In this document: one piece after another, positions 26,646 through 40,900 of the stretch
Layout: each line of letters begins with the position of its first letter
Numbering within the stretch: position 1 is the first letter of the stretch
NCBI RefSeq assembly: GCF_006345805.1
Contig: NC_043006.1
Span: 39,866,001-39,930,000, forward strand
DNA from: Octopus sinensis
Lineage: Eukaryota
DNA length: 64,000 bases
Reading direction: 5' to 3'
Translations under genes and position numbers: made by a program
The notes under the pieces: generated by a model
What the model was told of the DNA's origin: nothing
The model's input: the letters and a program-made list of their open reading frames with translations, nothing else
The model's database searches: none

Positions 26646-28711
26646 TATTTACTTATTGAAATACCAACACGTCTGAGTCTAAGTGCGAACTCATTTTGGA
26701 TAATAGAAGTTAAGTGTAAGAAATCCCTCAATGTACTGAGTGACGATCGATCGTCGTCGATGTAGTGGCTTTTGTAGTCGTCGAAGTGTTAAAGATGCTT
26801 GAGGTGGTGGTGGGGATGATGGTGGCGGTGGTAGTGATTGTAGTGGTGGTACTTTGGTTGTGGTGAGGATGGTGATGGTGATGGTCGTAGTGATGGTGGT
26901 GGTGGTAGTGGTAGTGGTGGGGGGTAGTGGTATTTGTAGTGGTGGTGGCGATGGTGCTGGTGGTGATTGCAGTGGTGTATGGATGGTGGTGGTGACAGTG
27001 TTGGCAGTGGTGATGATGGTGATTGTGGTGGTAATAGTAATTATGATGGTGGTGGTTGTGGTTGTGGTGGTTGTGAGATTAGTGGTATCAGAGAGTGTGG
27101 TAGGGGAGTAAAATAATGGTGAGCATGATAGTGATCTAGATATTGACGCGGCTTGTGGTGGTGGTGGTGGTGCTAATTATTCTGATGCTAATTGTGTTCA
27201 CAGTGGGGGTTCATACAGTTATTTGTAATGATCTTTGAGGTAATGGTACGAACGGTGGTAGGAGTGAGTTATGGTGGTGGTGCTGGTGGTGCTGGTGGTT
27301 GTGTCGAGGTTGAAAGTGGTATCAGCGATGACAACAATGGCATGATTCCAAAACTAGAAAGGTAAGGAAAGAGACAGAACTGGAGGGAGAAATATATTTC
27401 TGCGAAGAAAACGGAGAATAATGGGGCACTAGATAGAAGAAGAGAAAGACGAAGAAGAAGAGGAGGACGACCAAAGGAAAGGAAAGCAGAAAAGGAAGAA
27501 TGAGAGAAAGAGACAGAGAGCAGCTGTGTGTATTTGCACGCTTGTGTGTGTGTGTTTGCGTGTTCGTATGAAAATATGGATGCGAGAAAAGGAGAGAAAA
27601 TAAATTGGTGAGAAAAATACAAGAGAGAAGAATTAAAAGGGGCAAGAGAGAAGGAGTGAAGAATAATGAGAAAAAGAATGTGAATGAAAGTGAAAGAAGA
27701 GAAAACGCGAACAAGACAATAGAAAGTTGCAAAACGAGGGGGGGCAGGTAAAGAGTGGGAAAGAAGAGGGCCAGAGACAAAGATGGAAGAGTTGAAAGAG
27801 GGGGGGTTATAAATTCTAAGTAGTTTGTGGACTTTGGCTCGATATTGTTGAATAGGCTTTTGGCACTGAAGTGAATATTTTGTGCCAAAGTCAGGATAAA
27901 GAAGAGACAGGAACAAATAGAAGACACATAGACATTGGTAAAATACACACACGCACACACGCACGCACTCACAGTCATTGAGACATGCACGTACAATAAC
28001 ACGGCCCCACTCGCAGCACACACCAAACACACACAAACAAATACAACGACTTTATACTTTATGTCCTCTTTGTTTTCCTAAGATCAATACAATAACCGAA
28101 ATATTAAGACTTCCTGCTTAATGGCATTAGAAGTAAAGAATGAATTCTGTGTGTGTCCCTATCTTTCATTTTCCCCCAACATTTTCAGGCCTATTGGAAT
28201 AATTTTTTTTTTTTATATCAAGTTTTCTTCTTTTCTTCCTTGTAAATGATTTTAAAATAGCATCTTTGAAATAACGTGTCCATCACTATAAAACCACGTC
28301 TTCAATCTTTGATTCTGTTTTTAAGGATGAAGTCAGAATTTAAAAATTTAAGAATCGGTTCAGAACTTTTCACTGTTCATGCTTGAAAAACTTTAAAGTT
28401 CTTCTGACTCGATTTCTACCATAGATCTTAACTAGATTTATTGTGAAGGACAGTATGTTTTGAAAACAAGTCTTTCTTTTCAATATTTCGACACTAGGTG
28501 AAGGTGATATTTTTATATCACCCACCCCCGTCTCTTCTTTCATTTTCTCAAAAAACCTCGGAGTGCTTTTCCTTTGATAGATCGACGTTTTCAGTAGCCA
28601 CCGCGGTAACTGCTGAAAATTTCGTAACTGGCTCTTCCAGCGAATTTTTCTCTGAAATTATTTCGACCGACATATTCGCTCGAAATAAATTGATACACAA
28701 TTTAATCCCAG

Positions 28712-29076
28712 AAAACGGGAAACCTATAATTTTTTACTCTTTTTTTTTTTTCCTCTCAACGATCACAACAGTTCAAATCCCACAACCGCTGGGGCGCGAG
28801 ACGTAACAATAAAGCCTACAACGGTCGAAAAAAACGGGAAACCTATAATATGTTATTTTTTTTCCTCACAAGGAGGACAAGAGTTCAAATCTCACCCCCG
28901 TTGAGGGGCGGGGTTCCACAATAAAGCCTGCAACGGCTAAAATTAAATTTTTCACACAATAATAAATTCATTATCCAAAAAAACGGGAAACCTATAATAT
29001 TTTTTTCCTCATAATGAGGATAACAGTTCAAATTCCACCCTCGCAGGGGGGGGGCATACAATAAAGCCTACAACGG
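28712..29076 (+). repeat. Three diverged tandem units with conserved boxes
   Basis: Each unit is aaacgggaaacctataat - T-rich - gttcaaat - GC-rich - acaataaagcctrcaacgg; starts at ~28712, 28831 and 28980. Confidence 0.85.
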
Positions 29077-29331
29077 CTTTAACAAGTTCAATATTTCAAC
29101 AATTGTAAACTGCAAAAATGGTTTTACACAAACAATTTCTTTCTCCCGTCACCGGGGAAAAAGCACAAAAATTTTTAAAGTTTAATAGTTCAACAATGTT
29201 CAACGGTTCGAAAATGTTCAACAATAAACAGTCAAGAATTCCAACAGAAAAAATAATCCAAGGTTCAACAAAACGTTTGACTCACCGCAAAAAAACACGT
29301 CTAACCATGGATGGATGGATGGATGGATGGC

Positions 29332-29427
<96 letters not shown>

Positions 29428-30284
29428 CAAGCTACTTACCACACAGCCACTCCTGCGCTTCTTCTACATCTTTAAAGTTGGTCTTCTCTGGAACATTAAG
29501 AACAGCCTTGAATTTTTATTGCTTCTGTGAAAAATTAAGTTCTTTGACTGAACCGTCATCAGGCGGCGATGTGGCAGAACTGGTAGCTCGTTGGTCAACA
29601 TGCTCAGCGATATTTCTTCCTGCTCTTTACTTTCATAGTTTAAATAGCATCGAGGTCAACTTTGCCGTTCATCCCCTTCGAAGTCACTAAAATAAGTCCA
29701 CTCAAGTACTGGTGTCGATATAATCGACTACACCCTCTCCCTTCGTTTTCTTCTTTTCTCTTTTTTTTTTCTCGTTTGGAATTAGGATGTCAGTAACGCC
29801 TGCGAACAGTTTTCTGCAAAGAGGTAGCAGGGAAAACTACTCCACTACCAAATCGATTAGATAACATCTGCACGAAATCAAGAACAATAACAGCAATGGT
29901 AACAACTTTGGCAGCAATACTAAGGAATATATATTTTTTAACAACGAAAACGCAAGTAACAACGGTACCAGAAGTAACAAGAACAATAGCAACAACAAAA
30001 AATAAAAGAGCAGTGGTATCAACACAACAACAACGACAGCAGCAACATCTATCTATCTGTCTGTCTGTCTAACTGTTTGTTTCTCTATCTAGCTGTCTGT
30101 CTATCTAGCTATCTATGTTATAGGAAGATAGACAGATAGCTAGATAGATAGATAGATAGAAAGTTTGATAGACAGATAGACAGACAGACAGACAGATATA
30201 TAGACAGACAGACAGATAGACAGCAGACAGATAGACAGACAGATAGATAGAGAGACAGTCAGCCAGACAGACAGACAGACAGAC

Positions 30285-30339
<55 letters not shown>

Positions 30340-31266
30340 AAAGAGATAGACAGACAGACAATAGATAGATATAGATAGATAGATAATAGATAGATAGATA
30401 GATAGATAGACAAGCTACTTACCACACAGCCACTCCTGCGCTTCTTCTACATCTTTAAAGTTGGTCTTCTCTGGAACATTAAGAACAGCCTTGAATTTTT
30501 ATTGCTTCTGTGAAAAATTAAGTTCTTTGACTGAACCGTCATCAGGCGGCGATGTGGCAGAACTGGTAGCTCGTTGGTCAACATGCTCAGCGATATTTCT
30601 TCCTGCTCTTTACTTTCATAGTTTAAATAGCATCGAGGTCAACTTTGCCGTTCATCCCCTTCGAAGTCACTAAAATAAGTCCACTCAAGTACTGGTGTCG
30701 ATATAATCGACTACACCCTCTCCCTTCGTTTTCTTCTTTTCTCTTTTTTTTTTCTCGTTTGGAATTAGGATGTCAGTAACGCCTGCGAACAGTTTTCTGC
30801 AAAGAGGTAGCAGGAAAACTACTCCACTAACCAAATCGATTAGATAACATCTGCACGAAATCAAGAACAATAACAGCAATGGTAACAACTTTGGCAGCAA
30901 TACTAAGGAATATATATTTTTTAACAACGAAAACGCAAGTAACAACGGTACCAGAAGTAACAAGAACAATAGCAACAACAAAAAATAAAAGAGCAGTGGT
31001 ATCAACACAACAACAACGACAGCAGCAACATCTATCTATCTGTCTGTCTGTCTAACTGTTTGTTTCTCTATCTAGCTGTCTGTCTATCTATCTATCTATG
31101 TTATAGGAAGATAGACAGATAGCTAGATAGATAGATAGATAGAAAGTTTGATAGACAGATAGACAGACAGACAGACAGATATATAGACAGACAGACAGAT
31201 AGACAGGCAGACAGATAGACAGACAGATAGATAGAGAGACAGTCAGACAGACAGACAGACAGACAT

Positions 31267-31329
<63 letters not shown>

Positions 31330-31350
31330 AAGAGATAGACAGACAGACAA

Positions 31351-31427
<77 letters not shown>
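29428..31427. repeat. Near-identical tandem duplication, period 983 bp, bounded by (GATA)n
   Basis: caagctacttacc at 29428 and 30411; identical ORFs at 29478 and 30461. Confidence 0.95.
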
Positions 31428-31428
<1 letters not shown>

Positions 31429-31844
31429 GCTGTTGTTGTTGTTAATACTGCTGCTCTTTTATTCATTGCTGCTATTGTCGCTTCTGCTGTTGAAGAAGCC
31501 GCAGTTTAAGTCAACTGCGCTATCTCAGATGAAAGTTTTACTCAAGGGGCAGAAAACGGTATTACGGATCACTTTCATCCCAACAGTGGATGAACGATGA
31601 ATTGTGTTATACTAGAGTTAAACAAAGTGTGGAATATGAGGTTAGCGTTTCCCTAAAGAAGAGATCATAACTAATATGGGAGACGGCTGTGTGTATACAA
31701 GGCCAAAATATGAAACAAAAAGTGAAATCACTGAACGTGATCCAAACTATGGTGCCAGGAGGGGACCTCATATATTCAGCACATCTTTTGATTGTACCGC
31801 TAAATACGCTGCTGATGGATATAATACGTCACACGATGCTTACC

Positions 31845-32175
31845 TGAAAGTCATTTAACCAGAAAATATGACGATTGCAACAGCTCAGCTACTGGGAAAG
31901 CCTGAAACAGTGAAGACTCTACCTGCTGGAGCGAAGACGAGAGAGACATGCAGTAATATGCATCCAGAAGATCCTGGAAGGGATTGCATCAATGCCAGAA
32001 CGGATCGCCACTGTACAGTGCCAAAAGTCCCAGCAATACCGTCGCGCTTCAGGACCAGTTACTACAACAGCCTGGGTTTCAGGGGTCCACAGCGTTTTAA
32101 AATTCTCTCAAAGAGCCTGAGGGACCCATACAAAGTGGATGTAGGTGTTTGCAAATCAAAGAAGCAAAACATCTC
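31845..32175 (+). mobile_element. CR1-group LINE 3' fragment, decayed
   Basis: Homologous to 34130-34470 (agctactgggaaag...cactgtacagtgccaaaagtcccagcaataccgtcgcgcttc). Confidence 0.75.
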
Positions 32176-32284
32176 TTGTAATAAAAAATGAGCTAAAAGT
32201 AATCTCAGGGTAGCCAGTAGGATGTGTTTGAAAATAGCACAAATGCAGGTATATCAAATATCCTACATCATAATTCATCTTTTA

Positions 32285-32710
32285 TCTTTTACTTGTTTTA
32301 GTCATTAGACTACGGCCATGCTGGAGCACCTATTTGAAGAGTTTCTAGTCGAATAAATCGACCCCAAGACTTATCTTTTTTTAAGACTGGTATTCATGTT
32401 GCCGAACCGCTAGCTTACGGAGAATTAAATACACAACAGGTTGTGAAGCGCTGGTAGCGGACAAACACATACACAAAGACACACACCACACACATACACA
32501 CTCACACTTATATATGTATATTTGTGTTTGTGTGTGTATTTGTGTGTGCGCGCGTGTGCATGAATGTATGTACGGCAGGCTTCTTTCAGTTTCCGTCAAC
32601 CAAATCCACTCACAAGGCTTTTGTCGGCTCAAAGCTATAGTAGAAGCCACGCTGTCGGACTGAACCCAGAGCCATGTAGGAATCAAGGTACTTACCACAC
32701 AGCCATGCCT
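32285..32710 (-). mobile_element. SINE family A, diverged
   Basis: Tail tttacttgttttagtcattagactacggccatgctggagcacc; head end cttaccacacagccat. Confidence 0.8.
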
Positions 32711-33479
32711 CTGACCTTGATTTATTAAAATCAGCTTCAACTCAAGACGATGTAATATAATTACCAAACGCAATTAAGACCAGCTCCATGCGTTGCAAAG
32801 GAAGAATTTCATGGAGACAGAAATATCAAAGAAAATGAACAAGACTGAAGCTTACTGTACGCCACCTGATTACCAAGACAAGCTGAAGGCGAAGCCGCAG
32901 TATAGAAAGCAAGCCAAAAGGTTCACGCAATAAAAATAGGAGGGCCTTTTTAGCATCAGTGATCAGAACTTTAGTATCAGAACTTGACTATCATAGTTTT
33001 TTAAATTAATTTAAATTCTTCTTTTAAGCTGTAATTATTAATCTTTTGTTATTAAGTAATTTCATAATTATGCTTAACCTTTAAATGTGATTTGATGACT
33101 TGTTTTCGTTTAGTTTCTTGTACATTTTTGATATTTTAATAATCTTTAGACAGTTACATATTGTTACCGTGCCAGTCGTTTATTTCATAATCAAGTTTGT
33201 AATTTATTTTGCTAATAAACATGATCAATATGGTGGCTCGCTTAATTGCTTAATTCTACTAATTATACTAGAGTAATAATGTAATTTAAAAAGAGTTCTC
33301 TGGCCCTTGCATGATAATCAACCAAATAGATTTTCTTTTTGTCTTGTACCAACGTTTCAACATAAAATATGGGATGCAAGCTGTACACGTCTAAAATAAA
33401 TCTTATGACTATACATGTGTGTGTGCGTCTGTCTGAATAAATACTTGTATATACTGAAGTATATGTATATGTACTCTCC

Positions 33480-33512
<33 letters not shown>

Positions 33513-33774
33513 TCTCATACACGCACACACACACACATATGTATATACACACACACCGGTGAGCACAATAAGGTGGAAAAAATAGTACTCGAATACCAAA
33601 GGTAGAGCAATATGCTCTTATTAAAGATACATATTTATACATATGTGTGTGTGTGTGTGTCTTTTACTTGTTTCAGTCATTAGACTGCGTCCATGCTGGA
33701 GCACCGCCCTGAAGAATTTAGTCAGATAAATCGACCCCAGTACTTAGTTTTAAGTCTGGTATTTATTTTATATA

Positions 33775-34088
33775 GTGGAGGCGCAATGGCCCAGTGGTTA
33801 GGGCAGCGAACATGCGGTTGTAGGGCCGTGGTTTCGATTCCCAGACCGGGTGTTGTGAGTGTTTATTGAGCGAAAACACCTAAAACTTCACGATGCTCCG
33901 GCAGGCGGGGGTGCTGGCGATCCTTGCTGTACTCTTTCACCACTACTTTCTTTCACTCTTTCTTCTGTTGGTCTGCTCACTTAGCCAGCGGGGTGGCGTC
34001 ATTTGAAGGCTAAAACAATGCGAAGCGCATTGGGACCAGCGATGTGTAGCAACATCCGATAGCCTGGTCAGTCACGGTGATCACTGTG
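33775..34088 (+). mobile_element. tRNA-derived SINE family C
   Basis: ggaggcgcaatggcccagtggttaggg (A box) ... ggtttcgattccc (B box); matches 52528-52812. Confidence 0.85.
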
Positions 34089-34108
34089 ATTTATTTTATT
34101 TCACTCTT

Positions 34109-34680
34109 TTGCCAAACCTTGAAGCAATCCTGCGAAGTTTCATAAAGAAGATCGTCTCATTGCAACAGCTCCGCTACTGGGAAAGTCTTAAACAGTTAAG
34201 ACTCTACCCGCTGGAGCGAAGGTGGGAGAAATATGAAGTAAAATACATCTGGAAGATCCTGGAAGGAATTGTACCAAATTTTGGCATTTAAAGCTGCACA
34301 AATGTCAGGTCGGGTCGCCACTGCACAGTACCAAAAATCCCAGCAATACCGTCGCGCTTCGGGACCAGTTACTGCAACAGCCTAGGTTTCAGGGGTCCAT
34401 AGCGTTTTAGAATACTCCCAAAGAGCCTGAGGGACCTACACAAAGTGGATGTAGGTGTTTGCAAATCAAAACTGAATCTCTTTCTGTCGAGAGTCCCAGA
34501 TGAACCTACCTCGCGGCATGAGGCGCAAATGAGGGTAGCGACATCAAACTCCCTGATTCACCAAATTCCACATATCAGAGAGGTTCTCAATAATAACAGG
34601 ATAGTAAAACGGTAGTGCCCCAGCATGGCCACAGCTTTGAGCTGAAACTGATAAAGCAATAAAAAAGATAAAACAATAAA
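34109..34680 (+). mobile_element. CR1-group (L2/Crack/Daphne-like) LINE 3' end with stops
   Basis: LEAILRSFIKKI...YWESLKQLRLYPLERR..Y..YIWKILEG...FLSRVPDEP...SNSLIHQ, then 3' UTR and A-rich tail. Confidence 0.8.
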
Positions 34681-36093
34681 CTGGGTTACAGGGCCGAGAA
34701 CATTTCTAACATATTTTATGAAGGAACAGTCCCAATGTATGACATCTTGGGCAACTATCTTCTCCTGTAATCTCGGGCCAACTGATGCTTTATGAATGGA
34801 TTGGTAGACGGAAACTGAAAGAAGCCTTTCGAATAAATGTGTGCATGTATGTGTGTGTGTGTGTGTATCTGCGTATGTATCAAAAGAGATTTATATTGTA
34901 AGCACGAGGCTTTAAAAGATAAGAGCTGGATTTGATTTGTACAACTAAACCCCTGAAGACGGTGCTCCAGTATGGCTCTCTACTGACTGAAGGAAGTGAA
35001 AGAGGAAATATACATGTGTGTGTGGGGGTGTTTGTGTGTGGGTGTGTGTGTGTATGTGTGTGTGTGTGGTGTGTGTGTGTGTGTGTGTACGTGTGTGCAT
35101 GTTCCGTTTAATGCACACAGGATTCAAATTCGAGCCATTGTTTGCTTAAGGTTTCTAATTGTACACTCCATTCTATACAAGCTTGACCGACCATAATGTT
35201 TTCAGAGGCATGAAACTAAATCTAGCTCGAATTTTAAATGCTGTGCGTAATAAATAGATTTTTATGTCTCACTTGATAGAGGACTTCTTTTATTTATTAC
35301 ACCAATAACGAAACAGGTCATTCTGTGTGTGTGTGTGTGAGCGAGAGAGAGAGAGAGAGAGATCCATATGGCTTAAATAATTTGGTGGGGACACTGTCAA
35401 ATATGAGAAACATTTTCGGTTTGGAAGATTACAAATAAATCTCAGAAACCAAAATGAATCGGTGAGAATATAGTTTATATATTCAAGAAGAATATGAAAA
35501 ACTGTCTGTAAGTTGCAAAATATTCTGGGTATAGTTTTCCATATTTTAATTTTTATCGTTTTTTTTATTATTCGCAAAATGTCGGAGCTTTGCTTAAAGC
35601 AGTTCAATTAGTTTGGTAATTCTTAAATATGGAATTTATCACGTTCGAAATTACCACAAAAAGAAAATATAAATTATGTAAAAGGTACAGTTAATCTTAT
35701 TTTTATTAAATCTTTCATTCTTATTCTAAACTTATTCTAAAAATGTACCAAAAATTGCCTCCAGATTTTTCATCCACCGAAATGTTAAATTACTAAGTTT
35801 AAAGTTTTATTGATTAATGATAGATTGAATAGTCAATATTCAGCAAGTCTTGCAGAACGTCTCGTTGTGTTTCTTCGAAGCATATGCAAAGAAGCAGCCA
35901 TTTCTTACTTGTTTCGCTTTATGAGATTTTACGATTTGAAATAAATGAAGGATTGGATGATTATGGATTTAGAATGGGAGAGAATTAGAGTGTAAAGACA
36001 GTGCGTGAATGAGTGAGTGTTTGTGTGCCTTTGTCTCTGTGTATGTTTGTGTGTGCGTACTTGCACGTGAAGTGAGTTAGCGTATGAGTGAGT

Positions 36094-36314
36094 ATAATTA
36101 TCCCTCGCCATATCGCGGTTCACATATCGCGGTTTATTATTTAAGCTTGCGTCGAATCCTCCGTGGTGTTGTTTTGCATTTATAATAAAATAAATATATG
36201 CAATTTATAAAAGTAATAAAAAAATTATACAATACTGTTTCTACTTCGCGGATTTTCGCCTATCACGGTGCGGGGTTGGAACGTAACACTCGCAATACTC
36301 GAGAGATTACTGTA
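36094..36314. mobile_element. pogo/Tigger-like MITE
   Basis: Left atccctcgccatatcgcgg; right cgcaatactcgagagattactg|ta; internal cgcggattttcgcctatc. Confidence 0.6.
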
Positions 36315-36632
36315 GTTGAGTGACAGTGAAAGTGAGAGTGAGTGCATGGGTAAGTAACTGAGTGGGAGAGATGGAGGGAGGATAGGTAGAGGATGAATGC
36401 ATGAGTGAAGTAGTTGAGTGAGTGAACGTGTGAGTGTTAGCACAGAGGTAAGTAGTTGAGTAAGTGAGTAAGGGAAAGAGAGGACGAATATATTGAGTGA
36501 GTGGTTGAGCGAGAGAATAAGTGACTGCGTAAATGTGCAAGTAAATGATTGACCGAATAAGCGAGTGTGTACGGATGAATGTGTGAGGGAGGATGTGAGT
36601 GAGTGACTTTAATTGGGGAGACCAATACATTG

Positions 36633-37185
<553 letters not shown>

Positions 37186-37459
37186 AAGTGAGTGAGAAAA
37201 AGTAAATGGGTGCGAGTGTCAACAAATGATTTTGATAGAATCCGTAAGCGAATGATGAGACTAGGGGTTTGGACTAGGAGATGAGACTAGGGGACTCTGC
37301 TTCGATTTTCTAGGGTTCTAGGTGAATTCGTCTTTAACAATTCGTCTACAACAATTTATCTGTGTGTGGCTGTATGTGAGTCTGTAAGTGGTTGTATGTG
37401 TGTATGTATGGGCTGATCCAGATGAAGATTGGCAGGTATTTGGCATGGGCATAACAGGC

Positions 37460-37664
37460 GCAGGCATTGTTGTGTGGTAAAAAGCTTATTTCTCAAACAC
37501 ATGGTTCCGGGTTCAGTCCCACTTCGTGGAACCTTGGGCAACCGTCTTCTGCCATCGCCTTGGGCTTAACAAAGCCTTATAGATGGATATGGTAACCGAA
37601 AACTAAAAGAAGCCCGTTGTGTGTGTGTATGTGTGTGTGTGTGTGTGTGTATGTGTGTGTGTGT

Positions 37665-37698
<34 letters not shown>

Positions 37699-37945
37699 TG
37701 TGTGTGTGTGTGTATGTGTGTGTGTGTGTGTGTGTGTATTTGTCCCCCATCATCGCTTAACAACTGCTGTTAGTTTACTTACGTCACAATAACTTAGCAT
37801 TTTGGCAAAAGGGCTCGTTAGAATAAGAAATAGGCTTTAAAAGAACGGGGGTCGATTCGTTTTGCTAAAGATTCTTCAAGACGGTGCCCCAGAATGGTTG
37901 CGGTCTGGTAACTGAAACAAATAAGCGACAAAAGATAAAAGATAA
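37460..37945 (+). mobile_element. SINE family A, diverged, with internal (GT)n
   Basis: catggttccgggttcagtcccact head; cggtgccccagaatggttgcggtc...actgaaacaa tail. Confidence 0.8.
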
Positions 37946-40900
37946 CACAATACAAATTTTAAAACGCGCGATGTGTATCTTCAGCGCAATAACACCTTAC
38001 CAATTCTGCCGCGAGCAGCTTTCCAACTGATAGAGAAAGTCTACAGATAAATGTCAGAGCAAACTTCCGAGAGTTTGAGTTTGCAGCCACAACAACAACA
38101 ACAAGAATAACATCAGCAACAACAAATAACAGCATGGCTAATTATGGTTATCTTCAATAAAATCCGTGTTCCGGTTGTTGTAAATAAATTAACGTGTTGT
38201 TACAATATTGCAGTTTCGTTTCTCTTCCCTTTGGAATTACAAAACCAAATTTTGTTGCGCTAAAACATAGAGATATAAGTTTGGCTATAGAATATGCTAT
38301 TTTTAAAACTACTTATGGTGTTGCCAATAGCAATTGGCTACGTTCCACTATTCTTCTTCACTTGTTATTCTTGTTTTCTTTTCATAATGCTACTGGCCAC
38401 TATTCTCAATGCGTAAATATACGTGAATCATTTACAAATTTCTGCAGAACAATATTCTCAGAAAACAATAGTACTCTACGAATTTCAATCTATTTATCTA
38501 TCAATTTTCTTCAACCACTGTTCCACACACAATTCCACCATGAAGTTCCGTCAGAAGCTACCGTCTTACTTGATTGTCAAGCATGACCAGCTAAGACTAC
38601 GGATATTGTTCAACCAACTCGTTCTTGATCTGCTCCTTGGTCTTCTGCTCGTTGGCTCGGTTTGAAGAAGCCGTCATGCAATCTTTACTGAAGAATACTA
38701 ACCACATGTCTGTAATACAAGACCTATGACCTCTCAATGCGGAGAAGTTGCGTCTCAGCCAGGAGAGACCACCTGATTTCCATATTACAACCCCTGCCGA
38801 GTTACGTTCCCCCTGATATCCTGTATGATATTTGAGGATGAGGTGGCTGCCCTTTTTAGCTGGTCAAGTGGTTCCATTGTTTCCCTGTTGATTCAATAAT
38901 CTAATTTCAATCTAACCAATAACTAAAACCTGTTATCACGTGGTTAATTTCTGTTTCACTTTTGCTTACATACTGAGCTCGTTATTGTAACAGAAGTCAC
39001 CGTGGACTCTCTACACGATCGATCGACTTCCTGAAAATAACAAACAAAATATTCCTTAAATCGTATCCTACCGTCTTAAGAGAAAGCGTAAACGCATCTA
39101 ATAACAAAATCAGGGATAAACTCAGTTAGACATATACAACTGAGTGTGAGATACACAACTAAGTCTGAGTTATACAGGAATTACAACCGTGTTTCGTGGT
39201 CTGCTACCACAACAGCTTCTTTATAGGATCCAGTTAGCTCAAGACATCATCAGGAGGAACCACGTGCGGTTTCGGCCCCTACTCCTCTACCGTTTTGACG
39301 TGGCGCCCCCCCTTTCGGATGTGTCTTCAGTTCTGGTGTTGGTGCATGTCTTCTTTCTTCTTCTTTCTTCTGTTCCCTGGCCTCTTCGATGTATAGTCAG
39401 CGAGTGTCAGCCGATGACTGACAGACTTGTCAATTTTTTTCCCTTTAAATACCTGCCGCTAGACTCTCTGTTTCTGAGAGAGGAAATGATAGAGATGTAA
39501 GGAAATGTTAAGAATTAGTAGAATTGGTATGAAGCAAAAAGCAAGCCATTTTATTGAAGCATGTCGAGAAACTAAAAGTGTTAAATCTCCTGTGAATTTT
39601 CTAAACAAATTTGAAAATACATAGTATTTTTTAAGATGTGGCTCATTTTGATCAATAATTTTAGTTTAGGTAAACTGGAATTATGGATGCTAGCTCTAAT
39701 GCTGCTTCAAGCGAAGCTAATTGTTATGAATATGTAACTTCAGATCAAAAGGGATCTTCTTTAGTTTTTGTACTTAATAAAATGGTCGTGAATTGAGCGT
39801 TCGAACGACATTGATCATAGGTCAGTTCCATCACGAAAAACCCGATGAAAAAGTGATTCCAAATTTTGACACAAGGCCTGCAATTTTAGAAGGGAAAGAA
39901 GTCGAAACATCAACCCCAGCACTTTACACGTACAGTATTTTACTGACCCAGAAGGGATGAAAGGCACATTAAAACTTGGTGGAATTTGAACACAGACGGT
40001 AATACCGGAAGAAATACTGCTAAGTACCATTGTCCGTTGTGCTTACAATTCTTCCAGCTCGCTCTCTATGCCTGGGGTTAAATATAATGATTAATGATTT
40101 TACTTTTAACGCTCTATCTTTGCGAATCGATAAAATAAACATCAGCGGTTACAAGGACCTATCGTTCTTACATTTCTCTGTAAATCATTCATATTGTATC
40201 CAGAGCGTCGATCAAAATATCTTACAATATGCATTTGCATGTTTATGGCGGCATCGTTACGACGCCGGACAAAATGCTTAGCGGCATTTTATCCGTCTTT
40301 ACATTCTGCCGATGGTCAACTTTGCCTTTCGTCCTTTCGGAGTCGATAAAATAAATACCAGTTAAGCACTGAGATCGATGTAAATAGACTTAACTCTCCC
40401 TCAAAATTACTGATCTTGTGACAAAATTTGAGAGCAATATGTATTTACATTTCTTTAGATTCTAATGTTCAAATCCCGCCCAGTCGGCTCTGTCTGTCAT
40501 CGTTCGGGGCCTTGATGAAATAAAACACCAGCTAACTCCTACATGAGTATAATCGGCTGTTCACTTTCCTTAAATTTGTAGAATTTTATTAACGTAAGAA
40601 CCCATTCTTACTAGTACTTGTTGGGCGCAAGCTGGCAGGAACGTTAGCACGCCTGACAAAATGCGTTCCGAGTTCAAACCCCTCGCATAGGCTCTCCACT
40701 TTCGCTAACCATCAGCTCAGTGAATCGACAACTCTAGCAGCAATAGAAAAGATAAAAAAAAAGAGAAAGGAGGCTTTCAGTGTGGTGAATACGCCAAACG
40801 CCTTGACTTACGTAAACAAATTAACCGAATTTCACTTTCTTTAAGCCAATGATTCTCTTACGAAAGGTATAAATATCCTCTTATCTCACTGCGCTTTGGA

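Noticed and set aside
27269-28036. 255-aa and 236-aa hydrophobic ORFs
   Set aside because: They arise from a GA-rich purine tract read on the opposite strand.
31676-32191. ORFs of 60 and 107 aa
   Set aside because: The second is an off-frame reading of a CR1-group fragment; the first has no recognisable family.
33775-33855. tRNA-like cloverleaf
   Set aside because: It is the head of SINE family C and continues into the SINE body, so it is not a tRNA gene.
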